A stretch of 64,000 nt of DNA from Balanoglossus misakiensis (GCA_040954595.2 CM082596.2:11338454-11402453), one strand, 5' to 3'. Shown: positions 11,131 to 22,398, counted from the stretch's first letter. Made by a program: numbers and translations. Notes: generated by a model from the sequence alone, not told the origin.

Positions 11131-11253
11131 GAATCAACCAATGTGATCCCGATCTGTGCTTGAAGAGTGGTTTCTGCCAGATGACATCTGGATCATGTGA
11201 ACTGTACACATGTTTCTGTCAGAATTGTTACACTGGTGACCTTTGTGAACAAA
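11131..11253 (+). pseudogene. EGF-like exon 10 (open frame)
   Basis: aaccag|...|gtaagt, 123 bp. INQCDPDLCLKSGFCQMTSGSCELYTCFCQNCYTGDLCEQ. Confidence 0.93.
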
Positions 11254-11339
11254 GTAAGTTTTGATTTATTGTCTTGGGTTAATAATTTATACAGTTCAAA
11301 GTATCACCATTTCTTTCAATATGTAGATTTTTTTGTTTT

Positions 11340-13301
11340 TCTCTACAAGTGTAATCAAGATCTGCATGAAAATTTGTGTCGCTGTCACCGAACCTAGCTA
11401 GTCCATACAACCAACAGTATGAATCACCACCTCATACTGGGCGTAGCCATAGGCCCTAACCCTAATAGTTACGTACTTATGAGCATTTATGTTATATATA
11501 GTTCAAAGGTCACCAAGGTCATCTGACATTGCGGCGAAATGATTTGGTCCAATAGTTGTACCTGTCCACCAAAAATCAGCTCCCTAGGTGTATTAGTTAG
11601 CGTAGAAATAGATATGTGTTTTTCAAGGTGGGTCAAAGGTCAAGGGGTCACCCGAAATTTGGCTTCTCATTTCGGCCCCTTGGTCAGTCCCTGTTCACTC
11701 CATAAATGGAGACGTGTTCTGCGCAACCGCAGTACGTGTAACCTCGTGAACTCAGATGTGCACATGCGTACAGCAGACCCTGTTCACTCCATAAATGGAG
11801 ACGTGTTCTGCGCAACCACAGCTGGACCTGTGAAAGATCAAATCCGATCGACATATTTAGTTTCCGTATATTATATTGACCAATGCAGACTAAATCTAAT
11901 AGAATTACTACATGTAGTATATCGTGTATAATACACACGTTTGGCAATATTGCAGTTTGAGTGTTAGATGCAGACGTGTATACCCGATCTAAATTTCCGA
12001 CCTACACATGTACATGTATCACTGTTCACATGTACATACACCGTAACTGCGTTCTGAAAATGACATGGTATTTTCAAAATGTTACCCCAGATTACCCCAT
12101 CATGAAACTCACACCCATTGTCCAGCAGTAGTTAGTTGACTATCCTATTCACTCAAAACAAAAAGAACGGGTGTGAAAAAGTCACTAAAACAGCATTGAT
12201 ACAGAGGTGTATAACACTGTCCATGATTTCAAGAGAAAAACATGAACGCAGCCCAGGCAGATCGGTCACTGTATGTGGCGATATCTTTCTAAGTATTTCA
12301 CTCAACTTGTACAGACGATGCCATGCTGTCTTCTGGAATGTGCTGGTAACGTCACACATCGAAACATATTGATGATGCCCTTCCCTGCGGCTCGGGCATC
12401 ATGAATATTATTAAGGTCAAAGATCACCATCCCTTGTGCAGGCAAAAGATCATGATATTGCCCTCGCTAACATGTGTTATTATTTAAATACGATGTTGTC
12501 ATAGCTTTACTATGCAGGTATAGTAAAGCATATGCCTTGGTCCAGACCAAGGCATATGAACGGGTGTGAAAAAGTCACTAAAACAGCATTGATACAGAGG
12601 TGTATAACACTGTCCATGATTTCAAGAGAAAAACATGAACGCAGCCCAGGCAGATCGGTCACTGTATGTGGCGATATCTTTCTAAGTATTTCACTCAACT
12701 TGTACAGACGATGCCATGCTGTCTTCTGGAATGTGCTGGTAACGTCACACATCGAAACATATTGATGATGCCCTTCCCTGCGGCTCGGGCATCATGAATA
12801 TTATTAAGGTCAAAGATCACCATCCCTTGTGCAGGCAAAAGATCATGATATTGCCCTCGCTAACATGTGTTATTATTTAAATACGATGTTGTCATAGCTT
12901 TACTATGCAGGTATAGTAAAGCATATGCCTTGGTCCAGACCCCCCCCCCCCCCCCCCCCCATGGTCAATGAAAAAATATGAAATATAATGATCAAAAATC
13001 TTCTTCTCAAAATCGGCATACCCTAATTTGAAAATTTCGCCCTTATATGGTCATCAGGTCACTTGACTAATTTAACATTCACGGACGTACTGCACCAGAT
13101 CTCATTGGCCTGCATCATTGTGCCAAATTTGAGAATTGTAGGTTTAGCCGTTTTCAAGATCATAGTGGCCGATGAAAGTGCCCAAGAAGAAGAAAAATGC
13201 CAGCAATACCAAAAGGGGCCCCGCTCATAGGGGCTTGGGCCCCCAAAAACGCCAGTAATACCAATAGGGGCCCCGCCCATAGGGGCTTGGGCCCCTAATA
13301 A
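11340..13301 (-). mobile_element. Composite Helentron/DINE-like element region with a duplicated 5' head (left boundary approximate)
   Basis: The minus strand starts TTATTAGGGGCCCAAGCCCCTATGGGCGGGGCCCCTATTG (subterminal inverted repeat), present twice at 13199-13301, followed by (CTT)n and recurrent tgacctttgacc motifs. Confidence 0.5.
12165..12940. repeat. 393-bp-period tandem duplication, copy 1 only
   Basis: gaacgggtgtgaaaaag...gccttggtccagac occurs twice (ORF ends 12359 and 12752); once in copies 2 and 3. Confidence 0.95.
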
Positions 13302-13782
13302 GTCAGTTGTAAAGTTATTACTGAGCTTGAATTTCACTAGCGCCTAAAAGTAAACAAAAACTGATGGTCAAAGTATCACAAGCTTTATTTTGGTTTGATG
13401 TAGGATGTAATATGCTTATAGCACACTGCCAAATTAATGTCAACCAATAAGACCGGTAGGATATGATCGAAAACCACACGTATTAATGTGTAAAAGGCCG
13501 AACTTCCCAATAAATTTGGGTAGCCGACTACAGAAAGAGTCGAACCGATGCATGAACTGAAGTATCAAGACACATGGACTATTATTTATTGTTTCAGCAA
13601 TTTGACTTAAATTTATAATTTCCTATGGCAGTTTTTGCCGACAAGAATCAATGCCCGACCAAACAAAATGGACATTTTCACGTGATCGTTACTGAGGTCA
13701 CAAGTTAGCCAAGCCCTCATACACGCGCTATTCGGAAGTATCGGTGATCTGTTTATGTGTTTAGCTAAGGTGGTAAACTGTT

Positions 13783-16411
13783 CATCAATCAATCAATCAG
13801 TCAATCAAAAGGACTTATAGAGCACCAAACTCCACTGCAATAGTGTTCAATAGCGCTTTACAATGTAAAGTTACTGTTAATAGGCTCTGTTAAACAGATA
13901 AGTCTTGATGTGTTTCTTGAAACTGTCAAGGCTAGGTGACTGGTATACTTCTATTGGGACATTGTTCCAAATGAGTGGGGCGATATACGAAAAAGCATGA
14001 TCGCCGTACGTTTTCTTCTTACTCGATGGTACATGAAGTAGAAATTTGTCATTTGATCGAAGAAGTCTTGTTGAAGTTTTCAGATGGATTAAGTCAGTGA
14101 TGTAAGCTGGTGCTGTGTTGTTTAATGCCTTATATGTCATAAGCAAGATCTTGTATTGGATTCTATAGTGTACAGGCAGCCAATGTAAATCCATGAGAAC
14201 AAGAGTAATATGATCCGTTTTACGGGTACGAGAAACGATCCTGGCTGCAGAATTCAGGGCATGCTGTAGCGGTTGAATGCATGATGATGGTAAACCACAG
14301 AGTAGTGCATTACAGTAGTCCAGTTTTGATGTGATTAGAGCATGAACCAGCATCTGGCAAACTTCCTTAGTGAGGTAACGGCGAATGTGGCTGATTTGAC
14401 GCAGATGGAAGAAAATTGACTTGCAAATTGCATTAATGTGCTTATTGAAAGTGTAATTGTCGTCGAATGTCACACCTATATTCCGTGCAGAATTCACAAT
14501 TTGAACACAACATGATCCAATGCTAATGTGGTTTATGGGACGAGGCGAGCGGTTGAACTGAGACCTTATCAGGAGTACCTCGGGTTTGCCACCATTGAGT
14601 TGAAGTTTATTATGTGTCATCCAGGTTTTTATTTCGTGAACTGCCCTTTCCATCTTGTCTAATGTACTATCCAGTGCCATACAAATATCGTTGTTGACTT
14701 TAGTAAGTGCTGTTTCGGTACTGTGATCCTTTCGGTACGCTGACTGCAGTGGTTCTTGTAGTGAGTTGGTAGTCAAATATGATGTCAGTTGTTGTGCTAC
14801 AATCTTCCCGATTACTTTTGACAGGAAGGTTAGGTTTGAAACAGGTCTATAGTTCTTGAAAATGTTTTTGTCGAGCGAAGGTTTCTTGAGTACATTGGTG
14901 TGATGACTGCTATTTTAAGTTATTCAGGAACAGTTCCAGTTTTGAGTGACAAATTGATAATTGTGGCTATGATAGTGAGCAGATTACCAAGACATTGCTT
15001 AACAAGTGCTGTAGGGATGAGATCAAGTACACGTGTTTTAGATGGAGAGCCAGAGATAACTTTGCTGATTTCTTCGTCTTTAGCTGTGTGGAATTCAGGA
15101 AGTGTTGATGAGACTGCTGGGTGCAGAAATTGGTAATCTTTTGAAGTAGGGTTTACCATGTCAAGGCTGGAACGGATAGACGTGATTTTAGTGATGAAAT
15201 ATTTACTGAATGAATCTGCTAAGTCTATTTTCGCAGTATGGTCAGGTAGAGTCTTTTCTTGTTGCTTGCCAGCCATGGTTGATATGATTTGAAATAGTGA
15301 CTTCTGGTTACCATACTTTTCCTCAATTAGATGTGAGAAGTATGACTTTTTGGCAGCTCTGATTAAGTGATTGACATTTCTGCACTCATGTTGATATATC
15401 TCACGATGAATCTCCAGCTTAGTTTTTCGCCACAGATGTTCAGCCTTCCGTCTATTCTTTTTTGCAATGTCGATTTCATGAGTATACCATTTGGTACCTG
15501 GACGTATGATCACTGTACGCTTTTGAAGTGGTGCGTGGGCTTGAAGAACTTCACTGACGTGTTGGTTATAAGCTGATATGGCTGAGGAGAGGTCATTTGG
15601 AGGCTAGGACATTTGATGTATTTTGTCGAGATCATGGCTGAAACTATCAATTGAAATGGCAGATACGACGATAAGATATTTGACGTCTACTGTGTGTTGG
15701 TTTCGGAAGAGCAAGTTTTGCATTGACAGGATTGTGATCAGAGAGTTCCAAGCAGTCTACAGAGACACTCTTGATGTTAGACGCAGAGTTAGATAAGATG
15801 AGATCAAGAGTATGACCCTTTCTGTGTGTTGGTTGTTGGACCCATTGTTTCAGATTACAGGCGCTGATGATTCCATTGAATTTCTGTGTTACTGGATTCT
15901 TATCATCTTCTAGGTGAATATTGAAATCTCCTACGATGAAGAGATTACTTGAGCAGGTGACATACTTCTCAAGTGTTGTACTGAACTCTTCCATGAACTG
16001 TGGTGCGGTGAATTTATTCTTAACTGATGGTGGTGGACGGTAGACAAGAATTATTTTCATGGAAAGTTTCTGGTGAAGAATAGTTGCTTCCGCTGTCTCA
16101 AAAGATTTAACAGAGAGAATAGGCTTCCAAGCTGTTAATTTTAGTGCTAGCTTATGAATTTAAGCTAAGTCTTCACCGATCTTGCCAACCTCAGGTAGAT
16201 GTTTGACAGCATAGCCTGGTGGTGTACATTCAGCCATTACGTGTTCGTCACCAGATTCCTTCAACCATGTTTCAGTGAGTACAAGAATATCAATGTCTTT
16301 ATCTGTGATGTAGTCTGCAATGTCTAATGATTTGCATCTAGCTGAGCGGACATTCCATGTAGAGAGTAGAAGTTCACACGTATTGTGGATAGGGTGGATC
16401 TTGAATACTGC
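13783..16411 (-). mobile_element. CR1/L2-clade LINE ORF2 relic: APE endonuclease, RT with core deleted, (TTGA)n tail
   Basis: Endonuclease motifs WNVRS, LTETWL, VYRPP, GDFN, LDLI, SDH; RT flanks QSAYR..HSTETAL and KLDYCN; LHWLPV; several frameshifts; (tcaa)n at 13783-13807. Confidence 0.95.
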
Positions 16412-16883
16412 ATAGTTACTCTTCAATAGATATTTAGTGACTCGCTAACTGTTGCGATTCGTGTGTGTGTAATTTACGTACTTCAAGTTAAATATCGCAA
16501 CTAGCCGTAATGTTTGACTAGGGGGAGCACCTATACTAATGCGAGAACCAGGGATTGAAAGTTGCACCTGTATTTTGATCCCTTAGTTACCCTTATAAGT
16601 ACATTTGTAGTCTAATAACCATAGCTCTATTGCAAACCATTCTTTCCGTAGTTTCTTGTTTCAAATATTGTAATCTGAATTTATTTTGATGTTTAACAGG
16701 TGTGATTATCTGTATTTGCGACCATTTTGAAAAAAATTGGTTGCCATGGAAACTCTTCAACAGATATTTAGTGACCGGACGCGCAGTGTTTCCGGTTTAT
16801 GTTCTGCACGTATATCCTTGATGAAGTTTGCTGGCTAGAGGGCTCCTAAACCTCCCTAATATTTGACGTCTTCACTCCTACAG

Positions 16884-17115
16884 GACTGCGCAGCTGGAAG
16901 TTAAAGTTCAGCATGTTCTGAAGCATGCACGCTGTGTCCAGGGGTTTCATGTGTGGAACAGCCAGCCTCTCATCACCAACATAATGCGGACTGGGATATT
17001 TTGCCAACAATGGAAGTATAGACTGTACGCCTTGTCCTGCCCCGGGTATAAGTGCCAATATGATGGTATGTCGGAGCCAGAGGTGTGTGAAGATGGATAC
17101 TACACTAATATAGAT
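16884..17115 (+). pseudogene. GCC2_GCC3-like Cys-rich exon B1, stops and frameshifts (donor unclear)
   Basis: ctacag| DCAAGS*SSACSEACTLCP/GFMCGTASLSSPT*CGLGYFANNGSIDCTPCPA/GYKCQYDGMSEPEVCEDGYYTN. Confidence 0.82.
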
Positions 17116-17586
17116 GATGAGTCAGCACTTAAAGTTTGGGCATTACTGAGTAATCTTTCACTTAAGGCGGACGATCATCTTATGTGCATGTACGTAATTC
17201 TGTGCGTACAAACATTACGTCCAGTCCAAATATTCTGCCAATTTTACATCCAATGCATTCAAATAGTGGACTGCTTCGCTTTCATCCAGTTTTCATGTGC
17301 ATCGTATAAGTAGACTATTGTTTTGTCCCGTCTTTTCACCAAATTTGCTCTTTTCCAAATCTCCGACACAGACTATGATCGTCAAGATCTTGTCTGTTGT
17401 TAGAACAGCACACTGCCGTATGGCATTGACTGTATACAGTTTCTGTTACCAATATCTCTGGTTTGGCATTTTCCTGTCCTCGAAATCAATCCAGAGATTT
17501 TTGTCTCCCCAACCCGCGTGAGAATCCCACGTCTTTGAAGGTATGACTGTGACTATAAGATTCTATAAATCTCTGTTTATTTTCAG

Positions 17587-17717
17587 CACAAATATCATGT
17601 GCTGATTGCCCAGCTGGTAACCAATGTCCAAATGGTAACACTGTGATTTTATGCTCGGCTGGTTATTACAGTTCGGCTTTGGACAAAGGATGTCTCGCTG
17701 TACCTCTTGCATAACAG
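17587..17717 (+). pseudogene. GCC2_GCC3-like exon B2, frameshift
   Basis: tttcag|...|gtaaac. QISCADCPAGNQCPNGNTVILCSAGYYSSALDKG/RCTSCIT. Confidence 0.85.
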
Positions 17718-17971
17718 GTAAACTTCTACCCACCCACCTTTATTTCCAACATCAAACATTAGGTCAGGTAATTTACTAACTGAAAAATAGGATGGGAACA
17801 TTTTCTATTTCTGTATTTAAAATTTACTGATATAATATATGAATAAAAAAATGACAATTTTTCCAAATTTGAATAGACCTCTATTTATGAAAATAATTAA
17901 AATTTGCACCAAATTTTTACAGTGGTATTCAAAGGTTAACTTGGTGTGTAAATTCTCTGTTTGATTTACAG

Positions 17972-18105
17972 ATCAAATGGTGCTGAACATTGTACTATTT
18001 GTGAGCAAGGGTACGCCTGCACAGATCAGTGTACATCGCAATTCAAGTGTACCAAGGGTTACGTGTCATTGGCTGGTGCAACAAACTGTACCATATGTAC
18101 AAATG
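17972..18105 (+). pseudogene. GCC2_GCC3-like exon B3 (open frame)
   Basis: ttacag|...|gtaaga. SNGAEHCTICEQGYACTDQCTSQFKCTKGYVSLAGATNCTICTN. Confidence 0.87.
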
Positions 18106-18486
18106 GTAAGATTGTGGTACTTGTTCAGTTTGCTGTGTGATGAAACTGAGGGGTATGTGTGTATGCATGTATGTGTTTACAACAGATTTTTAAGTCAGTG
18201 CGACTGGGGGTATGTGTGTGTGTGTGTATGTATGTATGTGTTTACAACAGATTATCAACTCAGTGCGAGATCTTGCGAGACCCGGTTAGCCATGTGAGAT
18301 CTCGCAGAGTCTTATGATATTCAGAAAATGGTTGATTAGAAATGACGTTTAATGTCCTCCAAAGAATTTTCTACATGCCTGTATACTTGTCTCAGAATTA
18401 TGAAGTGAATCATCTCAAGTAATTTGTTATTTTAAATGACACTGTATCACAAATACTTCACTAAAAACCTCATTTTCTTTGATCAG

Positions 18487-18687
18487 ATGAAATAAGTGAG
18501 GAGCCTGCACGCACATCCCATCTTCTGTGCCCTGCTGGACAATCGTGTTCAGATCCAATGTAAGATCCGCTTGACTGTGGCAATGGTGAATATGCTATGG
18601 AAGGCGACGGCACATGCACGCCTTGTCCAGCAGGATCCAAGTGTCCAACCATGTCACCCGTAGTGGATGATTGTTCAACAGTTACTG
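18487..18687 (+). pseudogene. GCC2_GCC3-like exon B4, in-frame TAA
   Basis: gatcag|...|gtaagt, 201 bp. EISEEPARTSHLLCPAGQSCSDPM*DPLDCGNGEYAMEGDGTCTPCPAGSKCPTMSPVVDDCSTVT. Confidence 0.87.
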
Positions 18688-18912
18688 GTAAGTTGGGCTG
18701 CAAATCACTCTTGTGACTTCCCTGTGTTATAGCATGACATACACAGAAAATTAAACTGTTATGCTCATTGGAGTTGATATTGTGATGCACTTTGAAAAAC
18801 ACAATGATTCCACTGAAGAGGTATTGTACAGTAACACCGGTGATTACGGACATCTCTCTAATAAGGGATCGTTGGACCAAACCAATCGTTCTTTGAATTT
18901 TTTCTGTGATAG

Positions 18913-19009
18913 GTTCATACTCGCTAGGTTCGGCCACGTCCTTCTGGTTATGAATGCACAACTACAAGTGTCACACAGTGCGCTACAGGGCAGTAAAGTG
19001 TTGAAGGAG
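18913..19009 (+). pseudogene. GCC2_GCC3-like exon B5, deletion and stop
   Basis: tgatag|...|gtaagt. GSYSLGSAT/PSGYECTTTSVTQCATGQ*SVEG; splices in phase 1 to the exon at 20306 (EG-D-MTCADC). Confidence 0.83.
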
Positions 19010-19121
19010 GTAAGTCTTGAAATCTCTTTTCTTCTGGTCTCGATTTGAACATGGTTCCACAAGTTGTTTACATCACTTGTAGTTTTACATATTTTTTGAG
19101 TTCAACAGCTATGCTATACAT

Positions 19122-20128
19122 GGTGTCCTGAGAAGTCGACCAGTATGAGAAGTCGGTATCGGCCAGTACGAGAAGTCGGCCTGTGGGAGAGAACCCTGGT
19201 ACTTTGTGTTATATATAACTGTTTCACTACGAAATGTTTCCTTGATGTACAGGAGCTGAGATATTTGTACAAATAGCCGATGAATTTTAAAACTGTCTGT
19301 TCACTTTGCATGTACGTCACCGGGGTACGTCAACATCAGTCACCTGCACTTCTTGCGCTGCGCCAGTAGTCAGTTCCTCGTCACGTTTGTTTGTTTGGTG
19401 TTGTCTCAAAGTATGCATATACACATACATCTTCTATGTATTTTAGTAGGCTTTGAAACAACTCCCTGTAAAGGGACAAAGTCTCTCTCTCGCTGCCCTT
19501 TTTCCATTAATAATATTTGATACAAGACACCATTTATTTATTCTAAATGTGGATATATAGTGAATCAACGTTCAACCACACACAACTTCAATCCAACTTG
19601 TAGACACGAGAGTGAAAAACTTGCCAAAATGAATAATCGTTGTTTACCATTTATTCATTTTGGCGGGATTTTTACACTCATATCCTACAAACGGGATGGA
19701 ATTTGTCTGTAGTTGAATGTGGATTCTCAATATATCCACATGTAGAATAATGTGAACGGTGTCTTGTATCAAACATAATTAATGGAAAAAGGTTCGCGCG
19801 AGAGAGACTTTGTCCCTTTAATCAGAAATGTCACAGGAATTTGGCGAACAACCTAAGCTCCTTACGCGGATACGGGGCTGGGGAACCGGTACGGATGCCA
19901 GACGCCATTATTTGAAATGACGCCATTGTGTTGTCAAGAATTTGGGAAATCCGTCCAAATGAAAATATTTAGTGCAATTATATTTTATTAAGTGTTGTTA
20001 TAAGTAATCTGGGTCATCACTGCACTATTCGGGTACAAGTTCAACAACTGGCCGACTTCTCGTACTGGCCGACTTCTCATACGCGCGTACTGGCCGACTT
20101 CTAATCTGGCCGACTTCTCATGTATTCC
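19122..20128. mobile_element. ~1-kb non-autonomous DNA transposon with subterminal repeats and a (c)tatacat TSD
   Basis: The left end has gagaagtcggccagta-type repeats and the right end inverted tggccgacttctc repeats; tatacat flanks both ends. Also at 1-184 (partial), 43714-44720 and 62494-63500. Confidence 0.8.
19469..19820. mobile_element. ~350-bp fold-back MITE (Kolobok-like ends) nested in the element above
   Basis: taaagggacaaagtctctct ... agagagactttgtcccttta, with the arms imperfectly complementary along the whole length (ttgatacaagacacc/ggtgtcttgtatcaa, ccaaaatgaataa/ttattcattttgg). Also at 44061-44412 and 62841-63192. Confidence 0.88.
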
Positions 20129-21924
20129 TATACATTAGTGAAAATTGGGGAAACTGGTGTTTTTCAGACAACTTATGAAGTCCCTTTCGCAGTATTAACT
20201 CTAAAACAGCGGGTGATATTCCTTTTAAAATTTAACCAAATAAGCATACTTGAACTCTGTCATATCGGCAAAACACTCACTACACAAGCTGCTGTTATTC
20301 TACAGACATGACATGTGCTGATTGCGGCGTAGGTAACTACTGTCCAGATGGGTCAGACAGCCCCATTCCTTGTCCATCAAGTTATTATGCTGACACAGCC
20401 ACAGATGTATCCTGTACCCCTTGCGATCCAGGCTGTCAGTGTGCAGCAACATCACCCACTTGCCTGCACATCAAGAACCTACTCTCTGGGACCATCAACA
20501 ACATGTACTCCCCTTCTACCAGGTTTGTAGTCGTCTTAGTCGTAAAAACATATTTAAGGTGTTGCGCACCTCGAAATAAAGGGTCGTCTGATCATGTTTA
20601 AATTAATACTGATGATACTATGACTTCTAAACATTTAATCTATGGAATAAAAATTGGGGGTCAACCATCTAGAGTTTTGAAAAAGCGCCCTTTATCTAGC
20701 ACCTCTTTCAGATTTTGCCAGGCTCGTAGATTTTTGTAAAATGGCCTCAAAAATAAGAATTTTGGGAGGTTTGTCATATTTTTTCACCATTGTAGAATCT
20801 AAATGTTCTGAATTATTTTATTTTTAGCAATTTTGAGATTGATTCATATTCAGTATGATAATCGCATGTCAATACAACTGTTACATTAAAGGAAAAGTTC
20901 AAATCCGCCTAAAACCACATTGCATTGGTACCTAGTTAAGTTGTCCTCACTTCTGACGCAACATTTTGATGTGCAATGCACGTGTCTGTGAAATTGACGA
21001 ATAAAAAAATTGTATACCAGTGCAAAATTAAAAACTCCCTGTGCAGCCATCTTGGCAACTGCATGCTGGGAAAAGTACTCGGATGATGACGAAAAAGTTT
21101 CGGGGTTCCGTGTAGTGCTACCCCGGAATACACTGTTGGGTGCAGACTACAACTATGGAAAAGAGATGCAGAATGTCATGTGATATAGTAGTGAAAACAA
21201 ATACACGTTGGTTCACGTATTTCAGCTCTCAGCAATCAGGGTGCATTGAAAGGCCTTGATTGGTGTGATATTCACAATTGATTATTATAAATACTTACAG
21301 TTGTATACTGTTTTATTTTGTAAATATTGTGTACATTTGCAGCAATGAATCCGTGCGAACACAAACCTTAACCCATGCCGGAATGCTGGTACTTGCCAAG
21401 CAATCCAGGGATCTTGTACAGGCGTCACATGTCAATGTGCTGGCTGCTACCTGGGCTTCACATGTGAAACACGTGAGTACAGTACTTTGTCATTTATTAA
21501 AAAATCTAAGTGCTGAGGTACATTGTAGTAATAATAGCAGGTGTAGTCATTATCATCATCATCATCATCATCATCTTAAAGTCAGTCATATGATCGGTAA
21601 TAAAAACAGTAAAATCACCAGTATAAAAACATAACAGAGAAATAATGAACGTGTACTGGTGTTACCATAGGTAAGTGTTGTATAAAATTTTGAATTCCTG
21701 TCTTCCAGTTCCTAATCCATGCTTCACTAGTCCTTGTCTCAATGGAGGTACCTGCCAACAACAGGCAAATTCTTGTACTGCCACCATTGGCATGTGCACA
21801 GAGTGTTACTAGGGAACCAGGTGTGAGACAAGTAAGTTTGAATCTATAGCAGTTAATAATGATAATTATCATTTTTTTTATTATGATTTAAACTTCACTG
21901 ATGTTGTACAAACACAAAAATAGA

Positions 21925-21957
<33 letters not shown>

Positions 21958-22398
21958 TTATTTGTATAGCGTCAGTATCCACAAAAAATGTGATCAATGA
22001 TGCTTAAAGCAAAAGTACAATACAACAAATGGCTAAAAAACAGATTTAAAAAGTAAAGTTTTAACATTTGATTTAAAAACAGATAAGTCTGGTGCCTGGC
22101 GAATGGTGAGTGGAAGATTATTCCAAAGAATTGGAGCAGCAACAGTAAAAGCACGATCACCATAACTCTTGGTGCGTGATCGAACAGGGCAGAGTTTGAA
22201 CTGATCATCTGACCTTAAATTGCGACACGGAACATATAGATTAGTCATGCTAGAAAGATAGATTGGACCAAGTTTATGAATGGATTTAAAAATGAGAACT
22301 AACATCTTAAAAACAATACGCTCTGTAACAGGTAGCCAGTGCAACTGATACAAAATTGGAGTGATGTGACAGGTGATTTTTGAACGAGTAACAATTAG
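21925..22398 (-). mobile_element. CR1/L2 LINE 3' fragment, copy 2
   Basis: ORF 22033-22353, same as 2072-2392. Confidence 0.9.

Larger units (their letters stand above)
1..19944. repeat. Macro-tandem repeat copy 1 (19,944 bp; phase set arbitrarily by window start)
   Basis: The window start ggaaatccgtccaaatg recurs at 19945, 44537 and 63317; identical ORFs recur at 176/20120/44712/63492. Confidence 0.98.

Noticed and set aside
1399-11253. Assigning a gene symbol (NOTCH, fibropellin, SVEP1, SCUBE)
   Set aside because: No diagnostic CUB, avidin, LNR, sushi or calcium-binding EGF motifs are visible, and the 8-Cys pattern matches none of them.
11454-11465. ccctaaccctaa telomere-like motif
   Set aside because: Only two units, inside a repeat element; not an interstitial telomere.
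13877-14776. 299-aa ORF as a domesticated or functional RT gene
   Set aside because: It lacks the catalytic YADD core, has no ATG start, and is one piece of a frameshifted LINE ORF2.
18145-18270. ~62-bp local duplication with a (TG/TATG)n microsatellite
   Set aside because: An ordinary intronic slippage repeat, invariant among the copies.
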